Source: an uncultured Acidobacteriota bacterium
GTDB lineage: Bacteria > Acidobacteriota > UBA6911
Direction: 5' to 3'
Assembly (NCBI GenBank): GCA_963809485.1
Contig: CAWEJX010000002.1
Location: 1-12,786 of the forward strand
Length of the DNA: 12,786 nt
A model generated the notes under the pieces. That model was not told where the DNA came from and did not search any database. It saw only the letters and a list, made by a program, of their open reading frames with translations. The translations under genes and the position numbers were made by a program. Positions 5,362-12,786 of the stretch are shown here, one piece after another (the stretch's first letter is position 1; each line of letters begins with the position of its first letter).

Positions 5362-6911
5362 CAGGGCACCACGGTTTTTGAAGTGGAACCGCCGGCTTTT
5401 TTCTTCCGCTCCACTTCAATTTTGAACTGCTCCAGGAGTTCCCACTCCCCTGTATCCGCCAGGATCTCCAGCTGCTCCGCATCCCAATCGTGCGGGGTGC
5501 TCCGGAAAATGGGCAGTTTGCTTTTATACCGATACCAGATGTAGTATCCCACCCATGCCGCCACCCACAAAGGACCCAGGACGCGCGCGACCGCGTGAGT
5601 CCACAAAACGATGACGAGCATTCCCGCCGTCCCCAGAATGGCCAAAAATCCGAGCACGGGAATGTCCTTGCCCCGCCACTGAATATTGAGCGGCACGCGG
5701 TACGCCCGCGGCGTGCGCGGCTCGCGGATCCTCAACGCCACCAGGGCCATGCTCGCAAGGAGATATGCCAGCATGGCGCCGAAGGCGTACATATCCGCCA
5801 TGGTCTCTAGAGCCCTCTCGCCAGTCAGGAAACCAAACAGGGCTTCGAGCGCAGCAACGCATGCGAAGACCACGATGGCGCGCACCGGCGTGTGGTACTT
5901 GTGATGAACATGGGACAGCCACTTCCCGATGAGGCCCATTTCGGACATGCTGTATGCCAGCCGGCTGCAGCCCATAACACCCGTATTCGCCGAAATCAGC
6001 ACAATGGTCGCGGCAAGTACTGCCGCGATGGGACCGGCGAGAAATCCTATGTAAGGCAATTGGCTTGCAAGGTGCGCGACCGGATCGCCTTCGCGCGATG
6101 CAAGGTCCTGCCACGGAAGAATTCCCAGGCTCACTACCGGAAACGCCATGGCAAAGAGCAGGACTACCACGATCAGTGCCAGCGAGGTTCGAGGTATGAC
6201 TGTTCCCGGGCGGATCGTCTCCTGAGCAGCCTGAGACACGGACTCCAAACCGACAAAGGAAATCACCGCGATGCTGACGGCATAAAGGATCTGTTTGGTT
6301 GGAGGGAACGCCGTATGCCACTGGTGCAGGAAAAGGTCCGGATGCCAGGCGAAGGCAAATCCCAGAATCACGATGGAGGCTTCCATCGCCATATCCAGAA
6401 CGCCCAGGATTTCGTTAAACAGCGACGATTCGCGGACACCCTTAATATTAAGCACGATCAGGAAGCCGATAAAAACCATCGACTCGGCAAGCCAGATCAG
6501 GTTCACATGGTGGAAGGGACCAAAATCGACGGCAAAATTTCGGATGGCCGGGAAGAAGAAATTGACGTATCCTGCTGAGGCCATGGCAAACAGCGCGATG
6601 TCGACCGTGTAATCCAGCATGAGCGCGGCACCCGTCACGACGCCCCAGAAGTCGCCCATGCCACGGAAGGCAAAATACTGGCCGCCCCCTGCAACAGGAT
6701 AGGCCGCAGCCAATTCCGTGTGCGCCAGGCCCACAAAAATGTAGACGATGCCGGCGATCGCAAAAGCCAGCGGCGTGGCGCCCTGGGCCGCGGCGATGAC
6801 CAACCCTAGAGCGACGTAGACATCGGCTCCGACATCCGCGTAACCCCAGGTAAACGATCCCCAGACCGTGACCTGCCGCCTCAGCTTGACCTTCGGTTCC
6901 TGCGTTGCCAT
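5361..6911 (-). CDS. APC-superfamily permease, KUP/KimA-like candidate K+ transporter, 516 aa
   Basis: ~12 hydrophobic segments; APC motifs ELAAAYPVAGGGQYF, LNIKGVRES, GLESVSQAAQE, SRLAYSMS, HHKYHTP. KUP/KimA-like motifs GYADVGADVY, LMLDY, GLES, MYAFG. Start moved to ATG 6911 (GGAG upstream). APC call is firm; K+ specificity is inference. Confidence 0.88.
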   Translation of the reverse strand: MATQEPKVKLRRQVTVWGSFTWGYADVGADVYVALGLVIAAAQGATPLAFAIAGIVYIFVGLAHTELAAAYPVAGGGQYFAFRGMGDFWGVVTGAALMLDYTVDIALFAMASAGYVNFFFPAIRNFAVDFGPFHHVNLIWLAESMVFIGFLIVLNIKGVRESSLFNEILGVLDMAMEASIVILGFAFAWHPDLFLHQWHTAFPPTKQILYAVSIAVISFVGLESVSQAAQETIRPGTVIPRTSLALIVVVLLFAMAFPVVSLGILPWQDLASREGDPVAHLASQLPYIGFLAGPIAAVLAATIVLISANTGVMGCSRLAYSMSEMGLIGKWLSHVHHKYHTPVRAIVVFACVAALEALFGFLTGERALETMADMYAFGAMLAYLLASMALVALRIREPRTPRAYRVPLNIQWRGKDIPVLGFLAILGTAGMLVIVLWTHAVARVLGPLWVAAWVGYYIWYRYKSKLPIFRSTPHDWDAEQLEILADTGEWELLEQFKIEVERKKKAGGSTSKTVVP

Positions 6912-6997
6912 GAAGCAAACACTCCGGACAGACGGCAAAGCTTAGTCCTGAAGGGTAATAAATTCAATAGATGACGCATTTGAAAACGCCACCTATT

Positions 6998-8536
6998 TCA
7001 CGAATTATAAGTCTTTTTTAATTCACCTTTCAGGATTTTTCCGAGGTCATTGCGGGGCAGGGAGTGCCTGAATTCCACAGCTGAAAGCCTTTGATAGCCG
7101 GCCAGTCGGGCATTGGCCCAGTCCTTGAGGGTAATTTCTCCAAGGGGAGAGTCCAACTGCTTTTTCACTACCAGGGCCAGAGGGCTTTCGCCCCACTCGC
7201 TGTGGGGTATACCAATGACGGCAGCCTCTGCAACTTCCGGGTGTTTCAAAAGAACCTCCTCGATGTCGCTGGGATAAATATTGATGCCGCCGGAGATGAT
7301 GAGGTCCTTTTTGCGGTCCAGTATGTAAAGGTAGCCGTCTTCGTCCAGCCTGCCGATATCGCCGGTTCTGATGTAGAGCCTTCCCTTCCCATCGGGCCAA
7401 AGGATTTCCCGGCTTTTTTCCGGATTTTTGTAATATTCCGCCATCATGGAAAAGTTATATCCGGCGATTTCACCGGTTTCTCCTTGCGGGAGTTCCCGGC
7501 CTTCGTCGTCGATGATTTTTATGTCGCCGCCCAGACGCGGCTTCCCTACCGAGCCCAGCTTGGAGAACTGTTCATTCGGCCGCAGAACGGTGCTTATCCC
7601 TTCGGTAAGGCCATAAAGCTCCACAAGTTTGGATTTAGGAAATTTGCGCAGGATCTCGCTCTTAGTCGACTTGCGCAAGGGCGCGGCGGCGGATAGAAAA
7701 ACCTCGATCGATGATGTATCGAATCGGCTGAATTCCGCATAATCCATGATCCTGATGAATTGAGTAGGAACCAGAAATGCGTGCGTGCATCTTTCCTTTT
7801 GAACCAGATCCAGGAATGCGCCCGGGTCGAAGGAACCCATGAGGACCACGGTGCCTCCAGCCAGAAGCGTGGGAAGGTAGATCAGCTGGGTACCGTTGGC
7901 GTAAAGCGGCGTGCTGACAAGGCTGATAGCCTCGTTGTGGACCCGGAATTCCAGGGCGCAGGTCATTGCGAAATCAAGCCGGGCCCGGTGCGTGTGCACA
8001 ATCCCTTTGGGCACTCCGGTTGTGCCGGAACTGTAGACGATGTTGTAGAGATCTTCCGTCGTAATGACTCTGTCCGGCTCTTCGCAGGATGACGCGCCGA
8101 GAAAATTATCGTAATCCGTCCAGCCTGCAGCGGGTCCTTCCAGCACAATCCTTTGAGTGATAGAGCTACAGTTTTCCACGAGGTTCAGAACCGATCGTGC
8201 TGCAAAAAGTGCTTTGGGGCACGCATCCCTCAGTTGGAGGGCGACAGTCTCTTTTTTCAGCATGGTCGAGAGGGGGACGATGGCGGCTCCGGCTTTCAGC
8301 GCTCCGAACATGATTTCCGGATATTCGAGACAGTTGCGGCTCAGGATGGCCACCCGGCCGCCTTTGGAGACTCCAAGTCTGACAAGGCCGTTCGCAACTT
8401 TGTTAATGTTATAGTTGAACTTTTTCCAGGAAAGCCTCTTCTCTTCATAAATAATTGCCGTCTTATCCGGATACCATTTTGCATGCCCCGCCATGAATTC
8501 CGTCAATCCCATGAACTTCTCTGGTATTAGCGCCAA
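6998..8536 (-). CDS. AMP-dependent acyl-CoA synthetase/ligase (class I adenylate-forming), 512 aa
   Basis: YSSGTTGVPKG, ELYGLTEG, RTGDIGRLDEDGYLYILDRKKDLIISGGINIYP, LPRNDLGKILK; TTG start with GGAG SD 8 nt upstream. Confidence 0.95.
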   Translation of the reverse strand: MALIPEKFMGLTEFMAGHAKWYPDKTAIIYEEKRLSWKKFNYNINKVANGLVRLGVSKGGRVAILSRNCLEYPEIMFGALKAGAAIVPLSTMLKKETVALQLRDACPKALFAARSVLNLVENCSSITQRIVLEGPAAGWTDYDNFLGASSCEEPDRVITTEDLYNIVYSSGTTGVPKGIVHTHRARLDFAMTCALEFRVHNEAISLVSTPLYANGTQLIYLPTLLAGGTVVLMGSFDPGAFLDLVQKERCTHAFLVPTQFIRIMDYAEFSRFDTSSIEVFLSAAAPLRKSTKSEILRKFPKSKLVELYGLTEGISTVLRPNEQFSKLGSVGKPRLGGDIKIIDDEGRELPQGETGEIAGYNFSMMAEYYKNPEKSREILWPDGKGRLYIRTGDIGRLDEDGYLYILDRKKDLIISGGINIYPSDIEEVLLKHPEVAEAAVIGIPHSEWGESPLALVVKKQLDSPLGEITLKDWANARLAGYQRLSAVEFRHSLPRNDLGKILKGELKKTYNS

Positions 8537-8673
8537 AGCCCGTTCTCCAATAGGACAAATATGCCAGGATTTTGCATTACCCGATATATTCTGAAAACCA
8601 GACCCTTGATTGTAAAAATTTTAAGGTAGTTTCATAAAATCCAGTAGTTTGATTTCCTGTTGAATGATTAAAT

Positions 8674-8715
8674 TGTCAGCGTTCATCAGCGGCTTTGTCA
8701 GCGTATATCAGCGTT
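8674..8715 (-). repeat. ACGCTGA 10-mer repeat element, copy 3 (4 units, inverted relative to copies 1-2)
   Basis: Reverse complement reads AACGCTGATA-TACGCTGACA-AA-GCCGCTGATG-AACGCTGACA. Confidence 0.85.
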
Positions 8716-8883
8716 ATCAAATGCTGGAGCCGTCAAACACCAAAAGCCATCCATCAGAGCCGAGGGATTAACGACGATTTCCCTTGTAGCAAAGGACTTC
8801 AGGGTTTCAAGGTAGTATTCGCGAAGGCCGATGTCGGAGTGTTCGCCAAAGAGGCAGACACGGCCCGGAACGAAAATTTTCAT
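8698..8883 (-). pseudogene. Internally deleted remnant: GHMP (galactokinase-like) kinase N-terminus joined to a sugar-nucleotidyltransferase-like C-terminus, 61 aa
   Basis: AGGGGG SD + ATG; MKIFVPGRVCLFGEHSD matches the galactokinase N-terminal PGRVNLIGEHTD motif. It runs straight into DIGLREYYLETLKSF, resembling the terminal (Y/F)DxG...YL motif of GalU-type nucleotidyltransferases. All catalytic core is missing. Confidence 0.7.
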
Positions 8884-8902
8884 AGCAACCCCCTGGGATG
8901 CA

Positions 8903-8935
8903 GCCAAGAATCTACACGAATCCGTGGAATCCGTG
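8903..8935 (+). repeat. 9-bp periodic repeat GAATCCGTG x2, preceded by oppositely oriented degenerate units
   Basis: GCCAAGAATCTACAC-GAATCCGTG-GAATCCGTG; exact tandem at 8918-8926 and 8927-8935; CACG/CGTG dyad at the centre. Confidence 0.65.
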
Positions 8936-8997
8936 CCGTTTTTTCTTTAAAACATTCCCGAATTTGGCAATATTGTGTCTCCGGAGGCCACCTATCT

Positions 8998-10389
8998 ATG
9001 ATAACGATGAAATTCGGCGGGACTTCCGTCGGGGATGTCCAGCGGATCAACGATGCCGCCACGATTGTCCGATCGCATTTGTCCAGGCACGCTGTGGTTG
9101 TGGCATCGGCCATGGGCGGGGTAACCAACACCCTGCTGGATACCGCGCACATGGCCGCGCGCCGTGAAACCCGCCGGGTCGAGGCGAATATCGAGGGATT
9201 GAGGCAAAAGCACCTCCAGGTCGCGCATATGGTAGAGCAACCTGAAGCCCGCAAAGCCCTCATCGATCGCCAGGCGCGCCTCATCGACGAACTCTCAAAC
9301 CTTTGCCGCGGCGTCAGCCTGCTCAAGGAACTGACCGTCCGCTCTCTCGACGCGATATCGGCTTTTGGAGAGGTGTTGTCCTGCGTGCAGCTGGCGGCGA
9401 TACTGAACAGCCGCGGCGTGGATGCCGAATTCATCGACTCCCGGGCGATCGTCCGGACGGATGATCATTTCGGGGAAGCAGCCGTGGATTTTTCCGCAAC
9501 CAAGCGTAGCGCGCGAAAGAGGCTTTTGCCGCTCGTGAAGAGAAACATCGTGCCCATTGTCACGGGCTTCATCGCAAGCACGGAAGACGGCCTCACAACG
9601 ACTCTGGGCCGCAGCGGATCGGACTATACGGCTTCAATTATCGGCGCCGCGCTCGACAGCGAAGAAATCTGGATATGGACGGATGTGGACGGGGTCATGA
9701 CAGCCGATCCCCGCGCGGTCAAGAAGGCGACTGTGCTGCCGGAGATCACCTATCGCGAGGCGGCGGAGATGTCCTACTTCGGCGCGAAGGTGATCCATCC
9801 CAAGACCATGATGCCGGCCATCGAAAACAACATTCCTATCAGGATCAAAAACACATTTAATCCCTCTCATCCCGGGACGCTCATTTCGAAGACGGCCAAC
9901 CAGACGGAGAGAGTGGTAAAGAATGTTACTTCGATCGACAAACTCAGCCTGGTGTCGATCGAGGGAAACGGAATGGTGGGGGTGCCCGGAATTTCCGCAA
10001 GGATTTTTGCGGCGCTGGCGCGGGTTCAGGTGAATGTGATGATGATCTCGCAGGCGTCTTCGGAACATAACGTCTGCCTGGTGATTCCCCAGAATGACTG
10101 CAAACGGGCGCTGAAGGCGCTCCGGGGGGAATTCGAAATCGAATTTGCGAAAAAGGCTATCGACGATATCAAGCTGCACGATAACGTATCCATCGTTGCG
10201 GTTGTGGGCGCCGGGATGAAGGGCACGCGCGGCATCGCCGCAAAGACATTTACGGCCGTGGCAAGCGCAGGAGTGAACATCATGGCGATTGCGCAGGGTT
10301 CGTCGGAATTGAATATTTCCTTTGTCGTCGCACAGTCGGAGGCCCGCCAGGCCGTGCAGGCGATCCACGACGCGTTTCATCTGGCGTAG
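8998..10389 (+). CDS. lysC: Monofunctional aspartokinase with two ACT domains (ThrA-N-terminal-like), 463 aa
   Basis: MITMKFGGTSVG, VVVASAMGGVTN, TTTLGRSGSDYTA, IWTDVDGVMTADPR, EMSYFGAKVIHP; ACT repeats MISQASSE and AIAQGSSELNISFVV; GGAGG at 8983-8987. No homoserine dehydrogenase domain. Confidence 0.95.
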   Translation: MITMKFGGTSVGDVQRINDAATIVRSHLSRHAVVVASAMGGVTNTLLDTAHMAARRETRRVEANIEGLRQKHLQVAHMVEQPEARKALIDRQARLIDELSNLCRGVSLLKELTVRSLDAISAFGEVLSCVQLAAILNSRGVDAEFIDSRAIVRTDDHFGEAAVDFSATKRSARKRLLPLVKRNIVPIVTGFIASTEDGLTTTLGRSGSDYTASIIGAALDSEEIWIWTDVDGVMTADPRAVKKATVLPEITYREAAEMSYFGAKVIHPKTMMPAIENNIPIRIKNTFNPSHPGTLISKTANQTERVVKNVTSIDKLSLVSIEGNGMVGVPGISARIFAALARVQVNVMMISQASSEHNVCLVIPQNDCKRALKALRGEFEIEFAKKAIDDIKLHDNVSIVAVVGAGMKGTRGIAAKTFTAVASAGVNIMAIAQGSSELNISFVVAQSEARQAVQAIHDAFHLA

Positions 10390-10486
10390 CATGGCAAATT
10401 GGCTGGGGGATATGCATAAGACATCAATCGGACGGCGGTGGAAAGCTGCCCTTACGAATTATTAGAGGAAGTCATACAACGAGGTC

Positions 10487-11386
10487 ATGATGCTGATACA
10501 TTCTATTCTGGATGCCGTCGGAAACACTCCGTTGATAAGTCTTAAAAAGCTGTCTTCAGGCAATGTATTCGTCAAAGCCGAGCACCTAAATCCCGGGGGC
10601 AGCGTCAAGGACCGCGTCGCCAAGTACATCATCGAGTCTGCGGAAAAACAGGGAAAGCTCAAGCCCGGGATGATAATCATTGAAGCGACCTCCGGAAACA
10701 CGGGAATAGGCCTGGCGCTGATAGGCAGGATCAAGGGCTACGAGGTCGTTTGCATCATGCCCGAGAACATGAGCGAAGAACGCAAGAAGATCATCCGGGC
10801 ATTCGGGGGAGAAATCGTCTTCAGTCCGGCCGAGGGGAGCCTGTCGGCAAGCCTCAAGAAGCTAAAAGAAATCATCGGTCCGGAACCGCAGAAATATTTC
10901 GTCGCCAATCAGTTCAGCAATCCGGACAATCCGGAGGTTCATTACCTGCAAACAGCTCCGGAAATCTGGAAGGACGCAGGCGGCAGCATCGATGTTTTTG
11001 TAGCCGGAGTGGGAAGCGGGGGAACGCTTCAGGGCATCGGGAAGTTTCTCAAAGAGAAGAAGCCTTCCACCAAAATCGTCGCGGTGGAACCGAAGAACAG
11101 CGCGGCATTGCTCGGGAGGGAACCGGGGCTTCACAACATCCAGGGAATCGGGGACGGATTCATTCCGGATGTCCTCGATGTGAACCTCGTGGACATGGTG
11201 TTCACGGTTTCCGACGAAGAAGCTATCGAAACAACCCGAAGGCTCTCCCGCGAAGAAGGATTGCTCGTAGGGACCTCTTCCGGGGCCAATGTTTTTGCGG
11301 CTCTCCACATGGATAACGGCCACAACAGGATTGTAACCATACTGCCCGACCGGGCGGAGAGATATTTCAGCACAGCTTTGCTGTAA
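10487..11386 (+). CDS. cysK: Cysteine synthase (O-acetylserine sulfhydrylase, PLP-dependent)
   Basis: VGNTPL, NPGGSVKDR (PLP lysine), EATSGNTGIG, NQFSNPDN, GVGSGGT, HNIQGIG, GTSSGAN, PDRAERYFST; GAGG SD (start 10487 or 10490). Confidence 0.93.
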   Translation: MMLIHSILDAVGNTPLISLKKLSSGNVFVKAEHLNPGGSVKDRVAKYIIESAEKQGKLKPGMIIIEATSGNTGIGLALIGRIKGYEVVCIMPENMSEERKKIIRAFGGEIVFSPAEGSLSASLKKLKEIIGPEPQKYFVANQFSNPDNPEVHYLQTAPEIWKDAGGSIDVFVAGVGSGGTLQGIGKFLKEKKPSTKIVAVEPKNSAALLGREPGLHNIQGIGDGFIPDVLDVNLVDMVFTVSDEEAIETTRRLSREEGLLVGTSSGANVFAALHMDNGHNRIVTILPDRAERYFSTALL

Positions 11387-11603
11387 TTCCTGCCCAAATG
11401 CATCCCTGGCCCGGGAAGCATATTGCCATCTCTCCCGAACAGCGACTATGGCTAAAGCCTCCTTTTATCCACCGTTTGGTCCGCGCAATGCGTGCCAGTC
11501 ATCGGACTGCCCGTGGGACCTATCGCTGCAGAAATCAATAATCGCGGAAATGTCGGATAATTTTGCAGTCAGGAATTTTTTCGGCTGGCTTATACCCGGT
11601 CTC

Positions 11604-12786
11604 TTATAGAAACAGCTTGCCGGGATTGAAGAGGCCTTCCGGGTCAATGAGCGTCTTAAGCCTTTTCATAAGTTCAAGGCTGTCTCCGTGCTCTTCGGGT
11701 AGGAAGCGGCGCTTGCCGATTCCAATCCCGTGCTCCCCGGTGCAGGTGCCTTCGAGCGCCAAAGCCTGTTCTACGATGCGTCGATGCGCATCCTCAACCC
11801 TGGCCCATCGGGTGCTGTCCGTGGGTACATCCATGACAATGACGTGGATGTTGCCGTCGCCGGCGTGGCCGAAAACAAAGGCCCGGAGATCGCGCACTTC
11901 CTGCTTGATGAAGGCCACCATATCGCTGTAGCACGAAAGCGGGACCGCAACGTCCATGATGAGCGGCAGCAACCCGGGATTCTGCCGCTTGATGGACTCG
12001 AAGGTGAGGTGGCGCATTTCCCACAGACGGTCCCTCTCCGTCTGACCGATGCCCTTATCGATGAATGTGCTGGAATTTTCCGTGCAGATCTCTTCGATAT
12101 AGGCCATCTCTGCCCGGAGACCTTCCTCGCTGAAACCAGTGAACTCCATGAGCAACGTAGGCTGTTCCTGCATATATAGTTCCCTGTCCCGGTTGAGCAC
12201 ACCGATCACGTTGCTGTCGAGGAATTCCATTGCCGCTGGGGAGAATCCGGAACTCATAACCTGGAACACGGTGTCCGTGGCATTCTTTATCTCAGGGAAG
12301 GTGATGCGCAGCGCCATGAAATTTGCAGGCAGGCCGGCAAGCCTCAAGGTCGCTTCTGTGATGATGCCGAGAGTGCCTTCAGAGCCCGCAAAAAGGTGAA
12401 TGAGGTTGTAACCCGATGAGCTTTTTCGAGCCCTATTCCCTGCCCTGATGACGTTTCCTCCGGGCAGGACATCGGCCAAACGCAGGATATGGTCCTTTGT
12501 CGCCCCTATTTCACCGTTTTGACGCCGCTGGCGTTATTCCCGATCATCCCGCCGATAGTGGCTGCCGCGCCGGGATCGGGCGGGAAAAAGAGACCGTGGC
12601 GGCTAAGAGTTTTGTTCAGGTCCTTGTACATCACCCCTGCCTGCACATCGACCTGGAAGTCCTGCGGGTGGACCGCAAGTATTCCCTGCATTTCCTGGAA
12701 ATCGAGGACAATGCCATGGCTCACGGGGATCGGATTGCCCTCGAGGCTCGTTCCCACCCCCCAGGCGGTTACAGGGATCCGGCGTT
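11604..12786 (-). CDS. FAD-linked oxidase (GlcD / D-lactate dehydrogenase family); 5' end outside window; 1-nt deletion frameshift near 12507
   Basis: GTSLEGN, FFPPDPGAAATIGGMIGNNASG, RKSSSGYNLIHLFAGSEGTLGIITE, GHAGDGNIH, GTCTGEHGIGIGK, DPEGLFNPGK. The two ORF pieces join as KTVK-Y-GATKDHIL if one base is added to AAA TA- GGG GCG. Confidence 0.9.

Noticed and set aside
8695-8997. 101-aa N-terminal extension of aspartokinase
   Set aside because: Family starts at MxxxKFGG; GGAGG precedes ATG 8998; the extension overlaps repeats and the opposite-strand remnant.
8884-8997. Lysine/SAM riboswitch or attenuator before aspartokinase
   Set aside because: Region too short and lacks the conserved motifs or a leader peptide.
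11387-11603. Terminator or small gene between convergent cysK and the FAD oxidase
   Set aside because: Only weak imperfect dyads; no convincing stem plus U-tract, and the 60-aa ORF has no support.

Overview
Bacterial chromosomal window with no transposase, integrase or CRISPR array. It holds two minus-strand tRNAs (Arg-UCG 135-211; His-GUG 3265-3341). Between them is a plus-strand pair: a thiamine-diphosphate (ThDP) enzyme with an apparent twin-arginine (Tat) signal and a hypothetical protein, bracketed by a diverged ~50-70 bp direct repeat built from ACGCTGA 10-mers. Next is a tightly coupled minus-strand operon: APC/KUP(KimA)-like permease, 62-aa two-helix membrane protein, USP protein (probably membrane-anchored, with two apparent +1 indels) and a fused double-RCK TrkA-like protein. 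No TrkH/KtrB pore is present in the window. It is followed by an acyl-CoA ligase, a tiny remnant joining a GHMP-kinase N-terminus to a nucleotidyltransferase-like C-terminus, aspartokinase, cysteine synthase, and a frameshifted FAD-linked GlcD/D-lactate dehydrogenase-like gene running off the right end. The best candidates for new biology are the APC+USP+RCK putative K+ system, the Tat-tagged ThDP enzyme cassette, and the intergenic 7/9/10-bp periodic repeats. Several single-base indels could be sequencing errors. All calls come from reading motifs by eye; no searches were run.
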